Shown here piece after piece: positions 29,011 through 37,410 of a stretch of 64,000 bases of DNA. Location of the stretch: NCBI GenBank assembly GCA_900315245.1, contig OMYJ01000006.1, forward strand, positions 199,572 through 263,571. Direction: 5' to 3'. Source of the stretch: an uncultured Bacteroidales bacterium (GTDB lineage: Bacteria; Bacteroidota; Bacteroidia; Bacteroidales; WCHB1-69). Every line of letters begins with the position of its first letter. Positions within the stretch are counted from its first letter, which is position 1. A model generated the notes under the pieces. The model did not search any database, was not told where the DNA came from, and was given only the letters and a program-made list of their open reading frames with translations. The translations under genes were made by a program, and so were the position numbers.

Positions 29011-29567
29011 TAGCCGGTGACAGGTGCGCGGTTCTGACCTGTGGACTGGGTGGCCGTGGATGCGGCCGCCATCGGTGCGCTGCTCGATAGCGGTTGCCGG
29101 GGGGTCGCCCGGTGTCGGCGGCCACTGTCCCCACCATCGTAGCCGGTGACGGTGCAGGTGGTGACAGGTGCGCGGCTCTGTTCCGTGGACTGGGTGGCCG
29201 TGGGTGTGGCCGCCATCGGTGCGCTGCTCGATAGCGGTTGCCAGGTGGCTGCCTGGTGTCGGCGGCCACTGTCCCCATCATCGTAGCCGGTGGCGGTGCA
29301 GGTGGTGACAGTGTGCGCGGCTCTGTTCCGTGGACTGGGTGGCCGTGGATGCGGCCGCCATCGGTGCGCTGATCGATAGCGGTTGCCGGGGTGTCGCCTG
29401 GTGTCGGCGGCCACTGTCCCCACCACTGTAGCCGGTGGCGGTGCAGGTGGTGACGGGTGCGCGGCTCTGTTCCGTGGACTGGGTGGCCGTGGATGCGGCC
29501 GCCATCGGTGCGCTGATCGATAGCGGTTGCCAGGTGGCTGCCTGGTGTCAGCGGCCACCATCGTAGC

Positions 29568-29690
29568 CAAATGACGGCGTAGGTGGTTAATAGTGCAGTA
29601 GGAAAGATAAAAAAAACCAAATCTCAACTATCAAAAAGACTGAAAAAGTCATTTTGGGCTAAATTGTCAATAGTTCATCGTGTTTTTTTG
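29568..29690 (-). repeat. AT-rich conserved inter-cassette spacer/leader, copy 2
   Basis: See copy 1. The two copies differ by a few substitutions and a different-length A/T run. Confidence 0.8.
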
Positions 29691-30184
29691 TAGCCGGTGA
29701 CAGGTGCGCGGTTCTGATCCGTGGACTGGGTGGCCGTAGGTGTGGCCGCCATCGGTGCGCTGCTCGATAGCGGTTGCCAGGGTGTCGCCCGGTGTCGGCG
29801 GCCACCGTCCACACCATCGTAGCCGGTGACGGTGCAGGTGGTGACAGGTGCGCCGCTCTGATCCGGGAACTGGGTGGCCGTGGATGTGGCCGCCTTGGGT
29901 GCGCTGCTCGATAGTGTTTGACTGGCTGCAGCTCGGTGCCAGTGGCCACCATCGTAGCCGGTGACAGGGTGCGCGGTTCTGATCCGTGGACTGGGTGGCC
30001 GTGGGTGTGGCCGCCTTGGGTGCGCTGCTCGATAGTGGCTACCTGGTTGCCGTCCGGTGTCTTCGGCCACCGCCACCCTTCCACTTTGCCTTACAGACAT
30101 CATCCATATTAGTTAAATTTCAACATTGATTCTGGTTTTATTTTTGCGCTGTGAAGTTCCGAAAAAAAACTTTTTGACTTTTTT

Positions 30185-30455
30185 CTGTTACTCTGTTACC
30201 CTGTTACTTTTGCATTCGTTCAACATTGATTCACAGAACGATAACAAGGTAACAGAGCGGTAACAGTTTAAACGATCTTTCTGTTACCTGTCCGTTACTG
30301 CTCTGTTACCCATTCATCTACACTTCCAAATAGGTAACAGAAACTGTTTCTGTTACCCTTCTGTTACCTCTCTGTTACCTTATCTGTTACTTTATTATAT
30401 TTCATTATATCAAACACTTACACAAATAACATCTTATTTGGTAACAGAGTAACAG
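30185..30455. repeat. iteron cluster (CTGTTAC heptamers), putative origin of replication
   Basis: My hand count gives at least 14 perfect copies, 9 forward and 5 inverted, within about 270 nt. The cluster lies immediately 3' of the primase-helicase gene. Confidence 0.7.
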
Positions 30456-30548
30456 AGATTTTATAAAACTAAAGTTTTTTAGAATAAACATTTTTGATTG
30501 TTAACCCTTTCCCGAACGAACATATAGCACTTTTAATAATATCATTAC

Positions 30549-30577
30549 AAAAAAAGACGGCTTATTATAGCCGCCTT
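30549..30577 (-). terminator. terminator of the primase-helicase gene
   Basis: On the minus strand, 'aggcggct-ataata-agccgtct' is followed by TTTTTTT, about 25 nt after the stop. Confidence 0.6.
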
Positions 30578-30599
30578 TCTATATCAACAAGATCTTGTT

Positions 30600-33428
30600 T
30601 CAATATGTTATTTGTTCCCTTTCGTAATCCTTAACTTCCGCGCCTTTGCTTTGTATATACACCATTTCTTTAACTTCTTTATTTACTTTGATTTGAATAC
30701 TACGCCGATATTCTCTATACCCCGTACATTCTCGCGGGTTTATTTTCTCTATATATTCTTTTGATTGGCAAAAATATCGTAATTTTTCCATAAATCCTCT
30801 TGTATCTATCTTTTTTGCAGCCTGTTTGTTGTACTCATCCAACAAATCTTCTCTTATCAGATAGGTATTTAAATTATCGCTCTCTTTTGCGAATTTAGCT
30901 TCTGCCCACATCATGAAATTATCTCCTGCAACCTGTATAGCTATTCTTTCTTTTATTCTTTCCATTGGCGGCTGAATCACCACACCCTCTTTTTCCGCCT
31001 TCAGATAGAACGAAACGCAATCCATCAAAAAATTAAGATCTTCGTTCCAATACTCATCTGTATATCTTTTATCATTCTCATCACATATTCTATACCCGAA
31101 ATCATGATTTATCTTTCTTTCCTCGTTATATTCGCTTGTTCCAGCATGATAATAATCACTGAATATGCAAAACAACAACCTCCTTAAAGTGCTTCCTTCT
31201 GTTGTTCTTGGTGGAAAATTTGATGTCACAACGATTTTTGGTGATTGCTCAAATGGTATTGTGTATGGGGCTTTATATAGAGGCCGCGCCATCCAGTCTC
31301 CTGTCGTTTTTTCAAACAAAGGTCTTATCGGATAGCCTCTGTTAGCATCTGCAATCACAAAAGTAGTCGTCCTCGTTGTTACATTTGATCCAAAATGTTT
31401 CCCGCTTGGGTTTCCCGCCTCACAACTTCCATCCGCCTGCTCTTTATTGATCAATGGTTTTAATAGGAAATCCACTAAAAAGGATTTGCCAGACCCTCCA
31501 CTACTCTCGCTCTCGTCTGTAAGTTTATTTTCCATCAACCATGTAATATACCCATTTGTTGGAGATTTGTAAGAGTGCAACAAATATCCGATAACATACA
31601 ACCTATTTATCAGAGTCTGTTTTTGCTCCTCCTGTTCTGCTGTTCCAAGTCTCGTCCCTGCTATATCCCATTTATGTTTTTCTTTATAATCTTCATCAAC
31701 AAATCCACCATCCGCCGGTTCTTTCTCCCCGCCTTCCAGTTCCTTTCTCCAATGGATTCTACTTGAATTTATGTTAGCTCTAAATCCATGGCTTTTGATG
31801 TTCTTAATCTCTATATCAAACTTTTTTCTTTCAGAATCATATTTTGTTTCAAACGCTGGTTCTATTCTTGTGAAACGGTGGTGACATACTTTGTCTTTCC
31901 AAATATAACCGGCTTCCTCCTTGGCCATAGTCTTCACGTTGTCGGCCGATACTTTAACGGAACAATTTTCAAACGTGAATATTTGTTCCGTTTCGGTGCC
32001 ATTTTTGAAAGGTACCTTTATTTCATTCAGTTTATCCAACAAGTCTGATTGAATCTTTTTACAGTCCAGGATCGCGTTTCTTATCTCGCTTTCTAACCCT
32101 CTTTCCATCGCCCACCTGTGTAAATTGTCCGCCACCTCCTTTTCTGAAACCTCTTCAACCTCATTATTGGTAACTTTCACGTATAAATACGATATTGCTC
32201 CGGGTTTTGTCTGTAGTTTTATTTTCCCATAACCCATATAGTTGAGTATATGCAACAAATAAGACGTGTTTATTTTGTCTTGTTTGCTCCTTTTCAGATC
32301 CCAAAACTTACAAGGCATTGCAACGTTAACCAATCTGTTGAAATCCTTTGCCGAATTATATTCCAAATAATCCCGCAAGTCTTTACATGGATTGCCGCGC
32401 CGGTCGTGTTGCCTTCTTAGTTCGTCAGGTAGTTCTACAGTGTAGATGTCCAGGTACTTTAAAGCCAGCTTACGCCCCTGCCTTATCCCGGTTTCGTCTA
32501 TATCCGGGATATTGTACAAGCGTTCCACACACTTCATGATTTCGGCGTATTGTTCGCCTGTCAGCTTTGCCGATTCTGAATTAAGCCATATTGGATTGTA
32601 GCCCATCGCGGCCACACATAGCGCGTCACGCTCCCCGCTGCACAAAAAAGCCGCTTCCAGTTTTCGTGGCGGGCGGTTCTGCTGGTTGCTACCTTCTGCG
32701 TGATCCTCCTGTTCCGCCGCTTCGCTTCCGCTTTGTGATAGTGCTTTAAAGGCGGCTTTGAGTTCCGCCAGGCCGTTCACGTAGTCTTTCGTCTTCTTAT
32801 CTCTTGGACGGTATTGGAAACGGTTGTTTTTGTCTTTGCTATAAGGCTCGTATATCTTGTAAAAATCCCCGCAATCATGCATGAAGATTGGGTAATTATC
32901 CGTACTGCTTTTCTTCATGCGCTTTTTCTCGCCAGTTTCCTTGTCCGTATAGATGAACGAATACGATTTCAACGACTTGTAGGAATACCGCTCGCAAACT
33001 TCCTCCGTCAGCCCCGGTGCCAACAAGTTAAGTTCCGAATTGGTGAAACTTTCTTTTGCCTCAAACTCGAAACCGTCACCAGCTGTATCCTCTTGAACGG
33101 TTGACACCTCAATATTCGGTTTCCTGTCAAGACTTTCTTTCCCGTTGATATGAAAATGAGCCTCCAATTCTTCAAGGGCTTGCGTGTATTCCACATTATT
33201 CTTTTCTATATACAGTTTAATCGGCTCGCCCCCGCCCCCTCCGAAATCGTTTGCGTACCAAATGCCTTTTTCATTCTGCTTGCATCCTGTCGATGGTGTA
33301 CGCTCATCCCTTATTTTGAATTTGTGGTTGGGATTGTTTTTGCATTCCGCCGCCTCCGGGTATAGCATTGTTATTATATCAAAACCATTGTCGGTGGCAT
33401 CATAAATGGCTTGTTCTCTTTCGTTCAT
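30600..33428 (-). CDS. Toprim-domain DNA primase fused to a P-loop (SF3/D5-like) helicase
   Basis: 942 aa. The Toprim-like region is 'AFLCSGERDALCVAAMGYNPIWLNS...YNIPDIDETGIRQG'. The Walker A is 'SSGGSGKSFLVDFLL' and the Walker B-like segment is 'FVIADAN'. Confidence 0.8.
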   Translation of the reverse strand: MNEREQAIYDATDNGFDIITMLYPEAAECKNNPNHKFKIRDERTPSTGCKQNEKGIWYANDFGGGGGEPIKLYIEKNNVEYTQALEELEAHFHINGKESLDRKPNIEVSTVQEDTAGDGFEFEAKESFTNSELNLLAPGLTEEVCERYSYKSLKSYSFIYTDKETGEKKRMKKSSTDNYPIFMHDCGDFYKIYEPYSKDKNNRFQYRPRDKKTKDYVNGLAELKAAFKALSQSGSEAAEQEDHAEGSNQQNRPPRKLEAAFLCSGERDALCVAAMGYNPIWLNSESAKLTGEQYAEIMKCVERLYNIPDIDETGIRQGRKLALKYLDIYTVELPDELRRQHDRRGNPCKDLRDYLEYNSAKDFNRLVNVAMPCKFWDLKRSKQDKINTSYLLHILNYMGYGKIKLQTKPGAISYLYVKVTNNEVEEVSEKEVADNLHRWAMERGLESEIRNAILDCKKIQSDLLDKLNEIKVPFKNGTETEQIFTFENCSVKVSADNVKTMAKEEAGYIWKDKVCHHRFTRIEPAFETKYDSERKKFDIEIKNIKSHGFRANINSSRIHWRKELEGGEKEPADGGFVDEDYKEKHKWDIAGTRLGTAEQEEQKQTLINRLYVIGYLLHSYKSPTNGYITWLMENKLTDESESSGGSGKSFLVDFLLKPLINKEQADGSCEAGNPSGKHFGSNVTTRTTTFVIADANRGYPIRPLFEKTTGDWMARPLYKAPYTIPFEQSPKIVVTSNFPPRTTEGSTLRRLLFCIFSDYYHAGTSEYNEERKINHDFGYRICDENDKRYTDEYWNEDLNFLMDCVSFYLKAEKEGVVIQPPMERIKERIAIQVAGDNFMMWAEAKFAKESDNLNTYLIREDLLDEYNKQAAKKIDTRGFMEKLRYFCQSKEYIEKINPRECTGYREYRRSIQIKVNKEVKEMVYIQSKGAEVKDYEREQITY

Positions 33429-33476
33429 CGTTTTTTCAATTTCAGTTTTGGTTTCGGTTTTCGGCTGCTCTTTCCT

Positions 33477-33965
33477 TTACGCCTCGATTGTTCTGTCTTC
33501 GATATACTTGTACAAATCGCGTTTCCTGATCCGCGTTCCGTATGTTTTGGTTTCGGAATCAAGTCGGCTGTCCGGGTCTTCGTTTTTGATAATATCGTAG
33601 ATCAATGAGGGTGATACGTCCAGGATTCCCGCCGCGCTCATCACGGAAATCTTTTCGGGTACATGCTGCATCCATACGTCTTTCAAGTTTTCGCGCTCCG
33701 TTTCTGATATATTCATCATGGCCAGCACCTCCGAAAACTTGTATCTCACAACGGTTGGGTTTTCCCTCGTTCCTGCCAGCTGCACACGTGAAAGTTTATA
33801 AGCCCCGGATTTCATACGGTCATATACTGTCCGGCGGCCAACTTCCAAAAGCTGTGCCACTGTATCGATTTTCACTAACCGCTCATCATGTTCACGGCCA
33901 AGGTTTACCGTTCTGCTGATTTCATCCGCTTTCAGCGGTCTGATCTTGTTGTTTGCTTTTCTCAT
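33477..33965 (-). CDS. excisionase-type double-HTH DNA-binding protein (candidate Xis/regulator)
   Basis: The start is taken at 'MRKANNKIRP'. The two HTH-like halves are 'KIDTVAQLLEVGRRTVYDRMKSG' and 'SVMSAAGILDVSPSLIYDIIKN'. Confidence 0.55.
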   Translation of the reverse strand: MRKANNKIRPLKADEISRTVNLGREHDERLVKIDTVAQLLEVGRRTVYDRMKSGAYKLSRVQLAGTRENPTVVRYKFSEVLAMMNISETERENLKDVWMQHVPEKISVMSAAGILDVSPSLIYDIIKNEDPDSRLDSETKTYGTRIRKRDLYKYIEDRTIEA

Positions 33966-34078
33966 TGCTTTACTTTTTTTGGTTTTTAATTCTTTTATGG
34001 GTGCAAAAATACCGCTGCCTTTTCTTATTCGTTGGGACAACGGTTTTTCTTACCCTTTAACTTGTTGATTTACACCGT

Positions 34079-34360
34079 CTATTGGTTCCTGTCGGATATA
34101 AAGACTATGTATTTCAACCATAACAAGTTTGGTTTGCGAATTTTGAACAAGTCTGTTTTGACTTCTATAACATCATTCGCTATCATTTCGTTTTGCTTCG
34201 GCCTCCATGTACCAATATAACTGTCATTCAGGTAAAGCAAAAAACAATCCGTTGCTTTTTGGAACTGATACACCCTGTCTTCCAAATCACTGAATATGGT
34301 GAACGGATCGCCCTCTTGCAAGCGGGTGTAGATTCTTTCTTTTTCTTCAATAGTCATCAT
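34079..34360 (-). CDS. hypothetical protein sharing a domain with the C-terminus of 34702-35346
   Basis: 'FLLYLNDSYIGTWRPKQNE...LLWLKYIVF' parallels 'FDLFLNETKVGRWKPNKFEE...LLWLKDVEF'. Confidence 0.45.
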   Translation of the reverse strand: MMTIEEKERIYTRLQEGDPFTIFSDLEDRVYQFQKATDCFLLYLNDSYIGTWRPKQNEMIANDVIEVKTDLFKIRKPNLLWLKYIVFISDRNQ

Positions 34361-34427
34361 TTTTCCGGTTTTTTAGGGGTTCATTTGAAAATTTCCGGCA
34401 AAACTATTCTATTTATTTTTATGTTTC

Positions 34428-34503
34428 GGCAATTGTCGCCCCATTATGGGGTGACATTTGAATTATGGGGTGATTATTGCCCCATAATGGGGTAACAATT
34501 GGG
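34428..34503 (+). promoter_or_regulatory. 76-nt palindrome module (GCCCCATAATGGGGT x2 plus a half-site), copy 1
   Basis: It lies just upstream, in the minus sense, of a TAGTTTTG -7 box (34399-34406) and of the 34360 start. Copy 2 is at 39619-39694. Confidence 0.6.
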
Positions 34504-34701
34504 TTGATGTCGGTTGTGGAAAAAGGGCGTGGGCAATCTCTTTTTGAAAGTTGGCCGATTGCGGTGGCCTCCGCTCCGTGCGCTGGTCTTGAATATAAAA
34601 TTGTGCCATTCATTTGCCCTTTTGTGTTTTGGTTTGTACTCCGTTAATTACGCGCCACACCCTTTGATCCGTAACCGATACTGTTTCTATTACCTTTCTG
34701 T

Positions 34702-35346
34702 TTATAAATCAGTTTTCACTCTCCCCTTTTTATGTTTTTTAAGATCTCGCTTTTCTGAATCTTTCACAAACTCGACATCTTTCAGCCATAATAGTTCTGA
34801 GCTTTCGTATTGTCCAAGAGTGGCAATGTTTACCAGTATGAAATTTTGGCCTTCTTCAAATTTATTGGGTTTCCATCTGCCTACTTTTGTTTCATTCAGG
34901 AATAGGTCAAAATCTGCCTCACCCTTTTTGTAACCGATACGCCATACTTGCCCTGCGTTTTTCCCTTTCACTTTGAACTCTTCTCCATCACGCAGCCTCT
35001 CAAGTATCTTGTCTCTTTTTTCTTTTCTAATTGCTTTTGGGGAATGGTAATTTTTTAATTCAGCCTTTAAATCCGGTTTTGGGTAGTGGTTTCTTATTAA
35101 TTCAGCCTTGTTATCCCGCAATTCCTTGAATACGCTTTTATACCAATCCAGCGCATCAAACATTGTCATAATAGCTGAATCTTTCAAGTAAGATGTATCT
35201 TCCATTACTTTGGCCTTGGTGATACTTAAAATAGCTATTTCTAACCTTTCAATCATCACACCGCCCCAATTGTCATATTCGGCGTTTTCCCCTTTTCCTG
35301 GTTCGAATGTTTCAACAAGTGTCTTACTCTTTTTAAAATCAATCAT
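34702..35346 (-). CDS. paralog 3 of an island-specific small-protein family, with a C-terminal extension
   Basis: The start is at 'MIDFKKSKTLVETFEPGKGENAEYDNWGG'. It overlaps the previous stop by 8 nt. Confidence 0.5.
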   Translation of the reverse strand: MIDFKKSKTLVETFEPGKGENAEYDNWGGVMIERLEIAILSITKAKVMEDTSYLKDSAIMTMFDALDWYKSVFKELRDNKAELIRNHYPKPDLKAELKNYHSPKAIRKEKRDKILERLRDGEEFKVKGKNAGQVWRIGYKKGEADFDLFLNETKVGRWKPNKFEEGQNFILVNIATLGQYESSELLWLKDVEFVKDSEKRDLKKHKKGRVKTDL

Positions 35347-35608
35347 TGTCGGCCTCCTTTCCTTTTTCCTGTTCTTCATCCAGTTCTTTGAATACTGTTT
35401 CAAACCAATCCACCACATCACATAAACTTGTAACATCATTGTGTTTTATATACACGGTGTCTTTCAGGTATATAGCTTTGGTGATGTCAACCAATACGTC
35501 TTTCAGTCCGTTGAACATTATACCACCCCAGTTATCCCGGTTGGGTTCCACGCCACTGCCTTTTGTGAACGTTTCTTCCAGTGTCTTGCTTTCGCTAAAT
35601 TTACGCAT
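35339..35608 (-). CDS. paralog 2 of the island-specific small acidic protein family
   Basis: 'MRKFSESKTLEETFTKGSGVEPNRDNWGG...'. There are 8-nt start/stop overlaps on both sides. Confidence 0.5.
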   Translation of the reverse strand: MRKFSESKTLEETFTKGSGVEPNRDNWGGIMFNGLKDVLVDITKAIYLKDTVYIKHNDVTSLCDVVDWFETVFKELDEEQEKGKEADND

Positions 35609-35870
35609 TGCGCACCTCCTTTCCTTCTTCCTGTTCTTCTTCCAATTCGTTGAACACGGCTTCAAACCATTCCATCACGTCGCATAAACTTATTACATCT
35701 TCGTTTTTTATAAACACGGTATCTTTCAGGTATATAGCTTTGGTGATGTCAACCAATACGCCATTCAGTCTTTTGAGCATATCACCGCCCCAGTTGTCCC
35801 GGTTGGGTTCTTTGCCAACGCCTTTTGTGAAAGTTTCTTCCAGTGTCTTGCTTTCGCTAAATTTACGCAT
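35601..35870 (-). CDS. paralog 1 of the island-specific small acidic protein family
   Basis: 'MRKFSESKTLEETFTKGVGKEPNRDNWGG...ELEEEQEEGKE'. Confidence 0.5.
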   Translation of the reverse strand: MRKFSESKTLEETFTKGVGKEPNRDNWGGDMLKRLNGVLVDITKAIYLKDTVFIKNEDVISLCDVMEWFEAVFNELEEEQEEGKEVRNA

Positions 35871-36048
35871 TGCGCACCTCCTTTCCGTATGCACAATGTA
35901 GCGCGTTCTTGCTCACCCTGCTTTTCAATCCAGGGTTGAAAGGGTTTTGATTTTGGAATTGTGTGTGGTCTGCTCCGGGTGTGCCGCTCATCGCGCCGCC
36001 CTGGTTGCCGGTGTTGTTCCGGCTTTCATCGTTTTTGTAGGGAAACAT
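35863..36048 (-). CDS. small hypothetical protein (uncertain)
   Basis: A 61-aa reading from 'MFPYKNDESRNNTGNQGG'. Its stop overlaps the start of paralog 1. Confidence 0.25.
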   Translation of the reverse strand: MFPYKNDESRNNTGNQGGAMSGTPGADHTQFQNQNPFNPGLKSRVSKNALHCAYGKEVRNA

Positions 36049-36063
36049 GTTGATTACCTCCAC

Positions 36064-36141
36064 GGAAAAAACGCGGGTCTGTCTCGGTCTTATAACAGTA
36101 CCGGCAACCGCCTTCCGACGGCTGCAACCCGCGTTTTTTCC
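36064..36141 (-). other. long-range 14-bp stem enclosing about 50 nt, a possible structured 5' leader
   Basis: 'ggaaaaaacgcggg' (36064-36077) pairs with 'cccgcgttttttcc' (36128-36141). A TATTTTTG box lies on the minus strand near 36190. Confidence 0.4.
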
Positions 36142-36250
36142 TGTATGGTATTTCAATATACATTGAAGTTATAAGTTAAAGACGCGGCAAAAATACAATT
36201 TTGCACACGTACGTATGTGTCACGTATAAGAAATTTACCAACAGTTTGAT

Positions 36251-36280
36251 GTTGAAACCGCCCCGGGGTGTCCGGGGCGG
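36251..36280 (-). terminator. terminator of 36309-37379
   Basis: A 9-bp GC stem CCGCCCCGG/CCGGGGCGG with a 5-nt loop is followed on the minus strand by TTTC. Confidence 0.55.
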
Positions 36281-36308
36281 CTGCTTATTCGTCTTGTTTC
36301 TGCGTGCC

Positions 36309-37379
36309 TTACAAAAAATCTTTTATTGTTTTGAAAAATTCTCCATATGGATTCTTTGCCTTATTATACCTGTTTTTCGCTTCTCTCAATCTTTGTTCTT
36401 TCAACTCTTTGACCACCCCCTTTTTATCCTGGCACCAGCATTTCACCACCCAATTCCACACCCCCTTCTGTACCATTGGGTATTCTTCTTTATTATCTTG
36501 CGGGTACATTAAAGCAATCATCCACGCCAGTTGTTCTATACTTCTTTTCCATTTTATCTTTTTGAACTCTTCCCCCTGCTGCTCATGTCCGTTTGCCTGC
36601 ATCCAGTCTTCAATCCTCGTTTCTTTACTTATATATTCATTATCTCTTAGATATTCAAATAGTTTCTTAAGTTTCTCCGTATCGATAGTATAAGCTGGGA
36701 AATTTGCATTAAGACTTTTTGTTTTGCCGCCCACCTTTACCACCCGTGGTTTCTGATCCTCTTGGGGTTCTTGCATTGGGTCTATAGTTATACCGTAAAG
36801 TCTTAAGGCTCTGAAAAAATCTCTTTTCAGTTTTCCGGTTTTATCGTCTCTGTAGTCAAACGCAAACCAATAAGCCGCCCCCGCCTCACTTTCTTCTGGA
36901 TTCGCATTTATCAGCGGCAAAACGGCTTTAGCTAACAATTCGTCCCCTGTCTCTATAACGTATAACAACACCTTTTGCAGTTCGCTTTTATACTTCTCTC
37001 TAATATTATGGAAACCATTAAAAAGCATTGTTTCAGGTGTATTATATTTGAATTTGTTTCGCGGTTCTGAAAAGAATGTCGGATAAAATTCGTTATCCGA
37101 TGTTTCACAGTCTGCTGTCTCCTCGTCAATATAGCCTTTCACATTTTCAGCTATTATCCAGTCCGTTTCCGGGTCTCCTTTTTCGTCCAAGCATCCGGTT
37201 TCCACATAATACTTTCTGTTTGGGAAAAGCAAGTCACCAGGTACAATCCGCCCCCTAAACTCCCTTTCTTTGGTTTTCAACCAGTTTTGGTATTCGTCAT
37301 GGGTTTCTATAATCCTACTGACTGATTCCTCCACCATCCGCAAAGCTCCTATGGCCTCCGTGCGTGATACTGATTCCAT
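36309..37379 (-). CDS. hypothetical island protein
   Basis: The start is taken at 'MESVSRTEAIG', 24 nt downstream of a TATCTTTG box. No motif was recognised. Confidence 0.5.
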   Translation of the reverse strand: MESVSRTEAIGALRMVEESVSRIIETHDEYQNWLKTKEREFRGRIVPGDLLFPNRKYYVETGCLDEKGDPETDWIIAENVKGYIDEETADCETSDNEFYPTFFSEPRNKFKYNTPETMLFNGFHNIREKYKSELQKVLLYVIETGDELLAKAVLPLINANPEESEAGAAYWFAFDYRDDKTGKLKRDFFRALRLYGITIDPMQEPQEDQKPRVVKVGGKTKSLNANFPAYTIDTEKLKKLFEYLRDNEYISKETRIEDWMQANGHEQQGEEFKKIKWKRSIEQLAWMIALMYPQDNKEEYPMVQKGVWNWVVKCWCQDKKGVVKELKEQRLREAKNRYNKAKNPYGEFFKTIKDFL

Positions 37380-37402
37380 ATTAAACAAATTTGATCCGGC
37401 GG

Positions 37403-37410
37403 CAAAGATA
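37403..37410 (-). promoter_or_regulatory. Bacteroidetes-type -7 box TATCTTTG
   Basis: It is part of the reused cassette 'TATCTTTGCCGCCGGATCAAATTTG'. Confidence 0.55.

Larger units (their letters stand above)
28690..30100 (-). repeat. GC-rich tandem-repeat cassettes A (28690-28888), B (29011-29567) and C (29691-30100); units are 129-145 nt
   Basis: Unit boundaries ('tagccgg') fall at 28750, 28885, 29011, 29140, 29284, 29429, 29564, 29691, 29820 and 29955. All three minus-strand frames are largely open. The plus-strand frames are closed by a recurrent 'tag' and 'tga'. Confidence 0.9.

Noticed and set aside
28583-30103. CRISPR array, or a diversity-generating retroelement template/variable-repeat pair.
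   Set aside because: The units are contiguous, 129-145 nt long, and have no unique spacers. The only 'spacers' are two copies of the same 122-nt sequence. No cas genes, no reverse transcriptase and no adenine-specific mismatch pattern are visible.
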